Part shown: in pieces, positions 27,989 to 36,061 of the stretch
Layout: each line of letters starts with the position of its first letter
Numbering within the stretch: the first letter of the stretch is position 1
From: Planctomycetota bacterium
GTDB taxonomy: Bacteria; Planctomycetota; UBA8108; SXIK01
Direction of reading: 5' to 3'
Length of the DNA stretch: 64,000 nt
Assembly (NCBI GenBank): GCA_965223845.1
Contig: CBDCXR010000004.1
Location: 1,600,001 to 1,664,000 of the forward strand
Notes under the pieces: generated by a model
Told to the model about the DNA's origin: nothing
The model's input: the letters and a program-made list of their open reading frames with translations, nothing else
Database searches by the model: none
Made by a program: the position numbers and the translations under genes

Positions 27989-30118
27989 ATGGCGCGGCGG
28001 AAGAACACAGCCGAAGCGTTTGAAGTGCTCTACAAGATGAGCCGAGAGGGGACCGCGTCAGCCGAATCCGCTCGCGACGACGCAGGGGATTGCCCCGCGT
28101 GCGGTGCGCAGGGTGAAGGCGACCCCTCGCGCCGAGGGTCATCGGGTTCTCTGCCGCTCCACATTCCGCAGCGATCGGAGCCGCTCCTTCGCGCCCGTGC
28201 TGGCTGGCGCGGGCCCGAGGCCGGGATGGCGGGTTCGGGCGGATACCCCGCTGGCGGCGGCTCGTTTCCACCCGCCACCGCTGCGAATCCCCCGGGGTGG
28301 GGTCCGGCCGCCGGGACGTGGATGCAGGCGCCGCGTCCGCTCGTCTCCCCGCGGCTCGCGCTGCGACAGTCGGGCCCGGCCCAGTATCCCATCGATCCCG
28401 GGACGCTCCATCCGCCGATTCCTCCCGGGTACGTCCACCCGGCGGCAGCTTACGCGCCGCCGTCACCTCCGGAACGCCCTCCGATTCCGAATCCCCATCC
28501 GGCCTCGCCGATTCCTGCTCCCGAGCCGCTGCTCGGACCGGCGAGCGCCTCGGCCCGAGCGGATTCCGAGCCCGCGCCCCGCCTCCCGCATCGATTCGAC
28601 GAGGGCTCCGGATCTTCGCTTCCTCCGGCTGCGGCGCGGCGGTCTTCTCCCCCGGGAGCCGATCGATCGAGTGACGTCGGGATTCCGGCCGATCGCGTGG
28701 GCGACATCTTCGCCGAGCCGAGTCGAGGACGAGTCGCTTGGGAGCTCGCGGACGAGGAAGAGTGGGACGATCCCGCGGAGACGCACGTGGAGTCGAACGC
28801 GATCGAGGCCGCGGGCGAGGGCGGCGATCCGACGGACGTCGCGTTCGCGATGGCCGCGACCGAAGCGAAGAGGGGGTCGAAGACGAAATCGGGCAAGAAA
28901 AAGGGGAGCGACTCGCGGCGGCGCAGCGAGCGGAAACGCCGCTCGGAGGGGCGACCGGGTTCCGGCGGGGAGCGGCGAGCGAAACGGACGCGATCGTCCG
29001 GTCGCCCGGCCGCGAGTCGCCCGGCGGACGGAGACTCCTCGCGGAGGAAATCGGAGCGCGTCGACCGCGAGGTGGCCGAGACTGGACCCGCGGCGCCGGG
29101 AGACTCTTCGGAACTCTCCGCGGATGTGACGAGTTCGGGGGTCGGCTCGACCGATTCCGAACCGGCTCTCGCCACGAGCGCGGAGGGCACAGCTCGCGAC
29201 GCATCTCTCCGTCCGGTCGACGCGCCAGCGGTCGAGACGACTCCCGGCGACCGTTCGTCCGTCCCATCCCCGCCGGCGCGATCGAAAGGTGCCGCCGTCG
29301 CGCTCGCGGTCCTCGCGCGTTCCCGCGCGAGCGTCCGGAGGGGCGGGCGTTGGCTGCTAGGCGACGGCCTCACGTCCGCGCTGAATCGTCGACTCGAGAT
29401 GCGGGTGGCAACGGTCATCGCCCTCTCCGCGGTCGCGGTCGTCGTCTGCGCGCTTGCGTACTTGCAGGGAGGATCGAATCGCGGCATGTCCGAGCCGACG
29501 ACGTTCTTTGATCTCGAGCCGAATCGCGACGGCGAGTTCGAGCCGGGCGCGGCGGGCGAGTTCGACCCGATCGGCGAACGCGAAGCTCCGTTCGGTTCGC
29601 CGAAACCGATGTTCGGCGAAGGCGACGTGGTCGGCGCCGTCACTCGCGTAGCGGACGGCGACCGGGGTGAAGGGGCGGGTGAGAATCGATCGACCGGAGT
29701 CGCGGCCGGTCCGAGCGTCGACTCGGCGGAGACGACGGAGGCGCCTCCACCCTCGAGGCTCCCCGACGCCCCGAGGGATCTCGAGGAAGGGCTCTCGCCG
29801 CCGCCGGCCCCGGCACGGTCCGATCACTACTGGTTCATTCGGATCCACGGCATGGCGTTCGACGACGAGGCCGAGCTGATCCGTCGCTACTTCGAAATGC
29901 GTCTCGGTTACCGTGCGCGCCTCGAGCCCGAGGAGGGGGTTGTCCGGCAGGGACGACAGCTCTACGCCGTGTTCGTCGAGACTCCATTTGCCGATAAGGC
30001 TGCGGCGGACACCGAGCTCGCGCGACTGAAACAAAAGGCGCTGGACGATCCTTACGAAAAGTCCTATGTGAGGGACTTCCAGGGCGCGCTCGCCGTCCGG
30101 CGGACGTTCGCGCGTTGA
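27989..30118 (+). CDS. Bitopic membrane protein with a long Pro-rich/disordered N-terminus and a C-terminal SPOR-like domain
   Basis: Purine-rich RBS, Pro-rich and basic low-complexity region, TM VATVIALSAVAVVVCALAYL, C-terminal YWFIRIHGMAFDDEAELIRRYF...LYAVFVETPFADKAAADTELARLK. Confidence 0.65.
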   Translation: MARRKNTAEAFEVLYKMSREGTASAESARDDAGDCPACGAQGEGDPSRRGSSGSLPLHIPQRSEPLLRARAGWRGPEAGMAGSGGYPAGGGSFPPATAANPPGWGPAAGTWMQAPRPLVSPRLALRQSGPAQYPIDPGTLHPPIPPGYVHPAAAYAPPSPPERPPIPNPHPASPIPAPEPLLGPASASARADSEPAPRLPHRFDEGSGSSLPPAAARRSSPPGADRSSDVGIPADRVGDIFAEPSRGRVAWELADEEEWDDPAETHVESNAIEAAGEGGDPTDVAFAMAATEAKRGSKTKSGKKKGSDSRRRSERKRRSEGRPGSGGERRAKRTRSSGRPAASRPADGDSSRRKSERVDREVAETGPAAPGDSSELSADVTSSGVGSTDSEPALATSAEGTARDASLRPVDAPAVETTPGDRSSVPSPPARSKGAAVALAVLARSRASVRRGGRWLLGDGLTSALNRRLEMRVATVIALSAVAVVVCALAYLQGGSNRGMSEPTTFFDLEPNRDGEFEPGAAGEFDPIGEREAPFGSPKPMFGEGDVVGAVTRVADGDRGEGAGENRSTGVAAGPSVDSAETTEAPPPSRLPDAPRDLEEGLSPPPAPARSDHYWFIRIHGMAFDDEAELIRRYFEMRLGYRARLEPEEGVVRQGRQLYAVFVETPFADKAAADTELARLKQKALDDPYEKSYVRDFQGALAVRRTFAR

Positions 30119-30319
30119 GCGAGGCCCCGGCGGGCGTCGTTCGCGCCGACGGGTGAGTCCGCGTGGCGGATCGGCGTTCCGTGTCCGCATCGAGCTCCCG
30201 TCGTCAACCTCGAGTCGCCGCGGCACGGAAACCTGCCAGCCGCCACCGGAAGCGCGACGCCCGCGTGGATTCTCACTCTGCTCGAAGACGATCTCCGGTC
30301 GGGCGCAGGTCCCGTCAAT

Positions 30320-31201
30320 ATGAACAATCGACCCGAGTGCATCCCGTGTTGTCTCCGCCGCGTCCTCAAGGCCGCGGACCAGAAGACGAGTGACGAGTGG
30401 CTCCACCGCAAGATTCTCGGAGAGGTCATGCAGGACCTCTCTCGGGTCGACGAGGTCGCGACCCCGGCCGAACTCGTCCACGGAGTTGCGAAGAAAACGG
30501 CGCGGGCTCTCGGCGTAGTGGATCCGTACGCCGAGGAGCGGAAGCGCTGGCTCGACGAGATCACCGGAAACGCGGAGTGGATCCGTTCCGAGGTCGCCAC
30601 GAAGCCGGACCCGTTTGTCGCCGCGCTGCGGTTGTCGATCGTAGCGAATATCTTCGATAACGAGCTCCGCGCCGACATCGTCGACGGGTTCTCGCTCAAG
30701 TCGCTCGTTCGCGGGTTCGAGAACGTCCCGTTCGTGGAGGACAGCGTCGAGGATTTTCGCCTCGCGGCGCAGAAGGCGACGAGCGTGCTCTTCGTTCACG
30801 ACAGCGCGGCTGAGCTCTTCTTCGATCGATTGCTCATCGAGGCGCTCGAGAAGCCGCGAGAGGCAGTGGCTTCGGTCGTTCGCGAGACGACGATCCTCGC
30901 CGACGCCACGCTCGCGGACGCCGAGGCCGTGGGCCTCGGGGAGGTCGCGGAGATCCTCGACATCGGGATCGACGGTCTCGGAGTCCCCCTCAACGCGTGC
31001 TCGCAGGCCTTTCGCGAGCGCTACGAGGCCGCCGACATGGTGATCGCGAAGGGGCAGGCGGCGTTTGAAACGCTGGCGGGAGATGACCTCCGCAAGGAAG
31101 GGGTCGAGAAGGAGATCTTCTACCTCTTGCGCGTGAAATGTGCGGTGATCGCGCGCGAGCTCGGGGCGGGAGTGGGGGAGGCGGTGCTCGAGCTCGGTTG
31201 A
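30320..31201 (+). CDS. DUF89/ARMT1-like damage-control phosphatase family protein
   Basis: ECIPC, DPYAEERK, IVANIFD, HDSAAELFFD, ILADATLADA, ADMVIAKGQ, FYLLRVKCAVIARELG. Confidence 0.85.
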   Translation: MNNRPECIPCCLRRVLKAADQKTSDEWLHRKILGEVMQDLSRVDEVATPAELVHGVAKKTARALGVVDPYAEERKRWLDEITGNAEWIRSEVATKPDPFVAALRLSIVANIFDNELRADIVDGFSLKSLVRGFENVPFVEDSVEDFRLAAQKATSVLFVHDSAAELFFDRLLIEALEKPREAVASVVRETTILADATLADAEAVGLGEVAEILDIGIDGLGVPLNACSQAFRERYEAADMVIAKGQAAFETLAGDDLRKEGVEKEIFYLLRVKCAVIARELGAGVGEAVLELG

Positions 31202-31236
31202 GGGGGCGACGAACCGACGCTGCGCAGAGAAATCCC

Positions 31237-31264
31237 TTGTCGCGGTTCGGACCGCGACTACAAT
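31237..31264 (+). promoter_or_regulatory. Candidate sigma70 promoter TTGTCG-N16-TACAAT with a palindromic spacer
   Basis: Hexamers read directly. GTCGCGGT-tcgg-ACCGCGAC inverted repeat spans 31239-31258. Confidence 0.55.
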
Positions 31265-31379
31265 GCCTCGTTCGATTCCGCGAGCAGAGTGGCGGAGTCG
31301 ACCTAAAACAAGTGATTCACAGCCGTGCTGGGCGCGACCGGTCGTGGCACCGGCGAGCCTCCTTCGGGAGCGGATGATT

Positions 31380-31619
31380 ATGAGCGTTCACAAGAGCCTT
31401 CGAACCGGCGGGAACCTCGTTCGCGCGAGAAACGTGCTTACGCGTTACGAGCGAATCCTCGAGCTGCGAAAAGGCGGGAAGTGGGACGAGGACGGCGCGT
31501 CTCCGTACCGGCTGCCGAAAGTCCGCGTTATGAAGCTGAAGAAGCGCGGCAAGGAAAAGAAGAAGAAGGAAGAGGAAGAGGCGACCGCCACCGCCACCGC
31601 CACCACGACCGCGAGCTGA
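31380..31619 (+). CDS. Small basic protein (PVC superphylum signature protein family)
   Basis: MSVHKSLR...RNVLTRYERILEL...W...SPYRLPKVRV followed by a Lys-rich tail matches the PVC signature-protein pattern. Confidence 0.9.
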   Translation: MSVHKSLRTGGNLVRARNVLTRYERILELRKGGKWDEDGASPYRLPKVRVMKLKKRGKEKKKKEEEEATATATATTTAS

Positions 31620-32080
31620 CGCTCCCGCGGTCGGGACGAGTCCTCTTCGCGAGCCTTTTCCCAGAGGTCCCCGGTTCCCCGTCCCCTCGCGGTCCGCGCG
31701 CAAGAGCAATTCCCTGCCCGAACGTCGTTGCGAGAGGCTTCCCCACGGCGCTCATTCTCCTCGCATCAGCGAGGTCGACGGCAGAGCGGTTGGCACCCCA
31801 ACATCGCCGTAGCGTGACGCGGTCCGTCCAGAACGTGGACGACTTTCGTCGACTCCCTCGCCGCGCATCGAGTCGTTCGCCGACGTAGGGAGGGGCGTTT
31901 GTCTCCCCCCGATCGCCCAGCGCAGGGCGATCGATCGAACTGCGGGGTTCGTGCTGACCGAGGGGGTCGTCCGCGGCCGGGAACGGATCTTGCTGCGCGG
32001 TCCGTTGAGTCCGAGTCGACCGGCGGTGGTCGAGTCGAGGGCTCGAATCGACGACTACGCCCTCGCTGGAGTTTCGTGCT

Positions 32081-32578
32081 ATGGCCGGCCCCGACGTCAA
32101 CCCGATGGATTTCCTCGATCGAGCCTCGACGCTCGTCGGCACCGAGTCGCTCTCCCGTCAGGGTGTCCGGGAGCTTCGCATCCTCAGCGAGTCCCGGTTC
32201 CTCAGTCTGATTCGCGAGTTCGTCGAGGAGTCTCTCGCCGAGGTAATCGACGCGCGGCAGTCGATCCGCGGGGAAGGCGCGATCGGCGAAGACGGCGCGT
32301 CCGGGGAGCCAGCCGACGGGCGTCTCTCGCGCGAGTACCAGCGCCGGTGGGAAGCGCTGAAGACCAAGCACGAAGTCGGCCTCCGGCAAGTCGAGCGGCG
32401 TATCGATCGCCTGGCCCGTCTTCTGCGCGATCTCGACCGGTCGGTCGTCGAGATCAGTGACCTCGACGCGCGCAAACCGGCGGGTCGGGATGAAGCCGCG
32501 CCCACCGAGGCGCCGGAGCCCGTCGATCGAAGCGTGCTTCTCCGCGAGATGCTCCTCGACGACGACGCAAAGGACTGA
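32081..32578 (+). CDS. Hypothetical protein with predicted coiled coil
   Basis: GGAG RBS, normal codon usage, amphipathic helices (YQRRWEALKTKHEVGLRQVERRIDRLARLLRDL). Confidence 0.65.
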   Translation: MAGPDVNPMDFLDRASTLVGTESLSRQGVRELRILSESRFLSLIREFVEESLAEVIDARQSIRGEGAIGEDGASGEPADGRLSREYQRRWEALKTKHEVGLRQVERRIDRLARLLRDLDRSVVEISDLDARKPAGRDEAAPTEAPEPVDRSVLLREMLLDDDAKD

Positions 32579-33092
32579 CGGGATCACGGCGGCGTCGCCG
32601 CGACGACGCGGCCGCGGGGGAGAAACGAGACCGCAGCCCGAGTCCGATCGAAGAGTTGGCGTTCTGTTCGCTTCGCCGAGCTCGGCTCCGCTTCGTAACA
32701 CCCGTGAGCGCGAGCGCTTCGGGACGTTCGTGCCTCGTCCGGGGATCCCGGCGCCGAATCCGAGAGAGATCCGGTCTAGAACTTGTCCCCTCGTTCCCCT
32801 TTGGTATGATCGACGAGTGAGGAAGAAGTTTTTGCGCGAACGAGGCGCGGCTTCTTTGGGAATCGATTCGCAAACGAGGAAAATTGTCCCACTGCGGTGA
32901 CCGCGGAAACACGCATCCACGCGTGTCGGTGAGTCGGCCGAGAGTGACAATTCGACCCGCGGGAATCGTGCGGTCCAGGGTTTTGGTGTGGAGAGAAACC
33001 CTCCGTTTTGAATCTCGGTTCTGCAGTTGATACTTCGCCACCGAGTCTACGCCTGGGTTGACCCTCTCCAGTAAGGCAAAGGAGTGTTTCGA

Positions 33093-34583
33093 ATGAGACG
33101 CGTTCTAACCATGTGTGCTCTCGCCGCGTCGCTCGGCTATGCCGTGACCGCGCGTGCGCAGGTCGACGAGAGCCTCGTCGCGGATTATTGTACCGAAGGG
33201 GACAATTGCTCCGACGACAACCTCGCGATCGCGTTCGAGGGCGCCAAGGAAGGCCAGTCGAACGTGTTCGAGTACGACGCGTTTGCGGCCGGAACCAAGA
33301 TCACCGCCGTCTTCACGATGACGACCGTGAGCGAAGGCGTTCAGGGTTGGTCGTACGGCGTCCGTCACAATGAGGAGATCCTCTCGATTACGGATGACGA
33401 TATCGTCGTCGAAGGCACGGACGCGCAAGGGGCGCACGGCGAGAACCCGTTCGTTCAGAACAAGCAGGTCGAAGGCGGAATGATTTCCGCGTACGTCCTC
33501 GATCTCTTCGGTGCGGGCGTTCTCCCCCTCCAGACGAACACGATTCTCCGCGCGACCTACACGCTCAACGCCGACGCCGGCGTGGACGGAACGGTCCTCC
33601 AGTTCGTGAACAAGGAGATCGGCGTTCCGAACTCACCGCCCGCTGAGCTCCTCGTCACCGCCGCGGGAGGGCAGTCGAGGTTCCCGCGGAAGCTCACGAA
33701 CGCGCGGATTCAGCTGAAGTCCGACGCGCCGCCTGAGATCTGCGACGACGGCATCGACAACGACGGCGACGGCATGGTCGACTGCCAAGATTCCGACTGC
33801 GCCGACGCGCCGAACTGCCAGGGCGAATGTCCGGCGGGCGACTACATCGTGTTCTTCGGCCCGGCGGCGAGCGGCGATGCCGTCACCGTCACGGGGTCGA
33901 CCGTGATCACCTCGCGGAACTCGACGGAGCTTCTCGGCTTCCAGGTCGGCGTGAGTATCGCCGAAGATGGCGGCTGGACGTTCTCCGGTGAGCTCGGCAA
34001 CCAGGAGATCATCGAACTCGTGTTCACGGACGCCGACGGAAACAGCCAGACGCCCGTGTCCGGGAACACCGCGACGGCGACGGAGGATCCGTCGAACGTC
34101 GAGCCCGGCGCTTCGCTCGCTCCGTTTGCGGAGACCGACTTCTACTTCGCGGAGCTCGAGCCCGATCAGGGCGGAAAGGGCTTCTTCGCCGGATTCGTCG
34201 CGGACGTCGTGAACGGCGAGCTGAAGATTCCCGCGACCGGCCCGGCGGCGGAATGCGGCGTCAACGAGCTCCTCAAGGTCACCGTCGGCGAGGGCGGCGT
34301 CTCCGTGCCCTTCAACCGCGGAGATGCGGACGGCGACGGCAAGTACAACGTCACCGACGGCGTCCTCATCGTGCAGAACATCGTTGGAAATATCCCGCCG
34401 AGATTCCCGGGCTGTCCGGCGATCCTCGACGCGAACGGCGATGGGACGAATGACGTCTCGGACGGGCTCTATCTGCTCAACTTCGTCTTCATGAAGACGG
34501 CTCCGGCACCGCCTGCGCCGTTCCGCGCGTGCGCGATCGATCCGAACTCGAACTGCACGGCGGATTCGAACTGCCAGCCGTAG
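33093..34583 (+). CDS. Secreted protein: cohesin-like domain, Cys/Asp-rich metal-binding repeat, second cohesin-like domain, C-terminal dockerin-like domain
   Basis: AAGGAG RBS, signal MRRVLTMCALAASLGYAVTARA, VQGWSYGVRHNEEILSI, EICDDGIDNDGDGMVDCQDSDC, LLGFQVGV, FNRGDADGDG...DANGDGTNDVSD. Confidence 0.78.
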   Translation: MRRVLTMCALAASLGYAVTARAQVDESLVADYCTEGDNCSDDNLAIAFEGAKEGQSNVFEYDAFAAGTKITAVFTMTTVSEGVQGWSYGVRHNEEILSITDDDIVVEGTDAQGAHGENPFVQNKQVEGGMISAYVLDLFGAGVLPLQTNTILRATYTLNADAGVDGTVLQFVNKEIGVPNSPPAELLVTAAGGQSRFPRKLTNARIQLKSDAPPEICDDGIDNDGDGMVDCQDSDCADAPNCQGECPAGDYIVFFGPAASGDAVTVTGSTVITSRNSTELLGFQVGVSIAEDGGWTFSGELGNQEIIELVFTDADGNSQTPVSGNTATATEDPSNVEPGASLAPFAETDFYFAELEPDQGGKGFFAGFVADVVNGELKIPATGPAAECGVNELLKVTVGEGGVSVPFNRGDADGDGKYNVTDGVLIVQNIVGNIPPRFPGCPAILDANGDGTNDVSDGLYLLNFVFMKTAPAPPAPFRACAIDPNSNCTADSNCQP

Positions 34584-34630
34584 TGAGCTCGGATCCGAGC
34601 GGCGCAGCCGCCGCTCGTCTCGACGAATGA

Positions 34631-34670
34631 ATCCCGCCCCCGTACCCGAGTACGGGGGCGGGATTTTTTT
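34631..34670 (+). terminator. Rho-independent terminator
   Basis: ATCCCGCCCCCGTAC-ccga-GTACGGGGGCGGGAT followed by a T-run. Confidence 0.92.
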
Positions 34671-34721
34671 GGGTCGCCGCCTTCTCTGTCGATCGCCGCG
34701 AGCGTCGGAGCGGGCGGCCGG

Positions 34722-34750
34722 GTGACACGTCGCCGTCGCTCGGCTACAAT
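34722..34750 (+). promoter_or_regulatory. Candidate sigma70 promoter GTGACA-N17-TACAAT
   Basis: Near-consensus boxes with 17-bp spacing, between the terminator and the next gene. Confidence 0.6.
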
Positions 34751-34871
34751 TGCCATCTTCCTACCTTTGGTGCGAAATCCTCGCCCACTCCTTCCCGCCG
34801 CCGGCACGATCGCGACTGGCCAGCCGCCGGCATTCAACGACCGGGCCTCTCGAGTACCTGGGGAGACTGTC

Positions 34872-35798
34872 ATGAAGGCGGAGCTTCTGCTGCCCCTCTT
34901 CCGATCGGCGTTCGTTCTTTCTCTCTGCGTTTCGACTGCGTCGTACGCACAGGAGTACACGGTTTCGTTCGATTCGACGACGGCGACGGTCGTCCAGGGC
35001 GGAGCTGTGAACGCGAGAATCGTCCTTCGCAATACGCCCGACGCGGTTACCGGGTTCTCGCTCGGTGTACAGCACGATGCGTCGCTTCTCTCCCTCGATT
35101 CGGTCGAGCTCGGCGCGGACGTGCTCAACGTAGTCGGCGCGGCGTGTCCCGGCGGTGATCCGGACCCGTCGTTCCTCGCGATCAACGAGTCTCCGGCCGG
35201 CGGCGACGGAGTGACGATCGCCCTTCTACTCCGCACCATGGAGTGCGCGGACGGCGCACTTCCTCCCGGCGACAGCACGAACGAGATCGTCGCCTTGAGG
35301 TACACAGCGAGTGCCGACATGACGGGGACGGCGGACGTCTCGATCACCGGCGAACTCGGAGACCCGAAGGTCGAAGTGGTGCTCGATCTCGCGGGAGTCA
35401 CTCAGCTCCCGACCTCCGACGCGGATACGACCCTCACGGTCACCGTGAACGAAGCGGGCGCGGGGAACGCCCCGTACCTTCGCGGCGACGTGAACCAGAG
35501 CGGCCGAATCGAAATTTCCGATGGAATTCTGATCCTCAATTTCCTGTTCGCAGACGGGCTCCCGGCCGGCGAGGAGACGAAAAACAACTGTCTCGTCGCC
35601 TACAACTTCGACGGTACGACGAGCAACGGCACCGAGGGACAGGAAGACGCCTCGGACATCAACCTCGCGGACGGCGTCTCACTCCTCAACTTCCTCTTCG
35701 TCGCGGGGTCTACGCCGCCGCCACCTCCCGCCGGAGCGTGCGGCCAAGCGGACAACCCGGCGTCGGAGGACATGGCCTGCGACGCGTTCGGCTGCTGA
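34872..35798 (+). CDS. Secreted cohesin-like + dockerin-like protein
   Basis: GGGAG RBS, signal ending ASYA, VTGFSLGVQHDASLLSLDSVELG (cohesin-like), YLRGDVNQSGRIEISDG...DINLADGVSLLNFLF (dockerin-like). Confidence 0.78.
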   Translation: MKAELLLPLFRSAFVLSLCVSTASYAQEYTVSFDSTTATVVQGGAVNARIVLRNTPDAVTGFSLGVQHDASLLSLDSVELGADVLNVVGAACPGGDPDPSFLAINESPAGGDGVTIALLLRTMECADGALPPGDSTNEIVALRYTASADMTGTADVSITGELGDPKVEVVLDLAGVTQLPTSDADTTLTVTVNEAGAGNAPYLRGDVNQSGRIEISDGILILNFLFADGLPAGEETKNNCLVAYNFDGTTSNGTEGQEDASDINLADGVSLLNFLFVAGSTPPPPPAGACGQADNPASEDMACDAFGC

Positions 35799-36061
35799 GA
35801 GCTAGAGCGATCTTCCGTCTCGACCGGTTCGTTCGCGCCCTCGGTCCGCCCCCGCGACGCTCGGGGCGATTCTGCGGAGAAATCCGGGCTAGCTTTCCCC
35901 CCCGACGATACAATCGGGGTCCGCAGTCGGCTCCGCTGCAGCCGACCCCTGCGCACGACTCCGACCGCACGGGCGCGTACCGGAGTTCGTGTCTCGGGCG
36001 CACCTCGTTCGCCAGGTGAAATCGGCGAGGCACGTCCGGCGAGACGGAATTCCCCGGGGGA

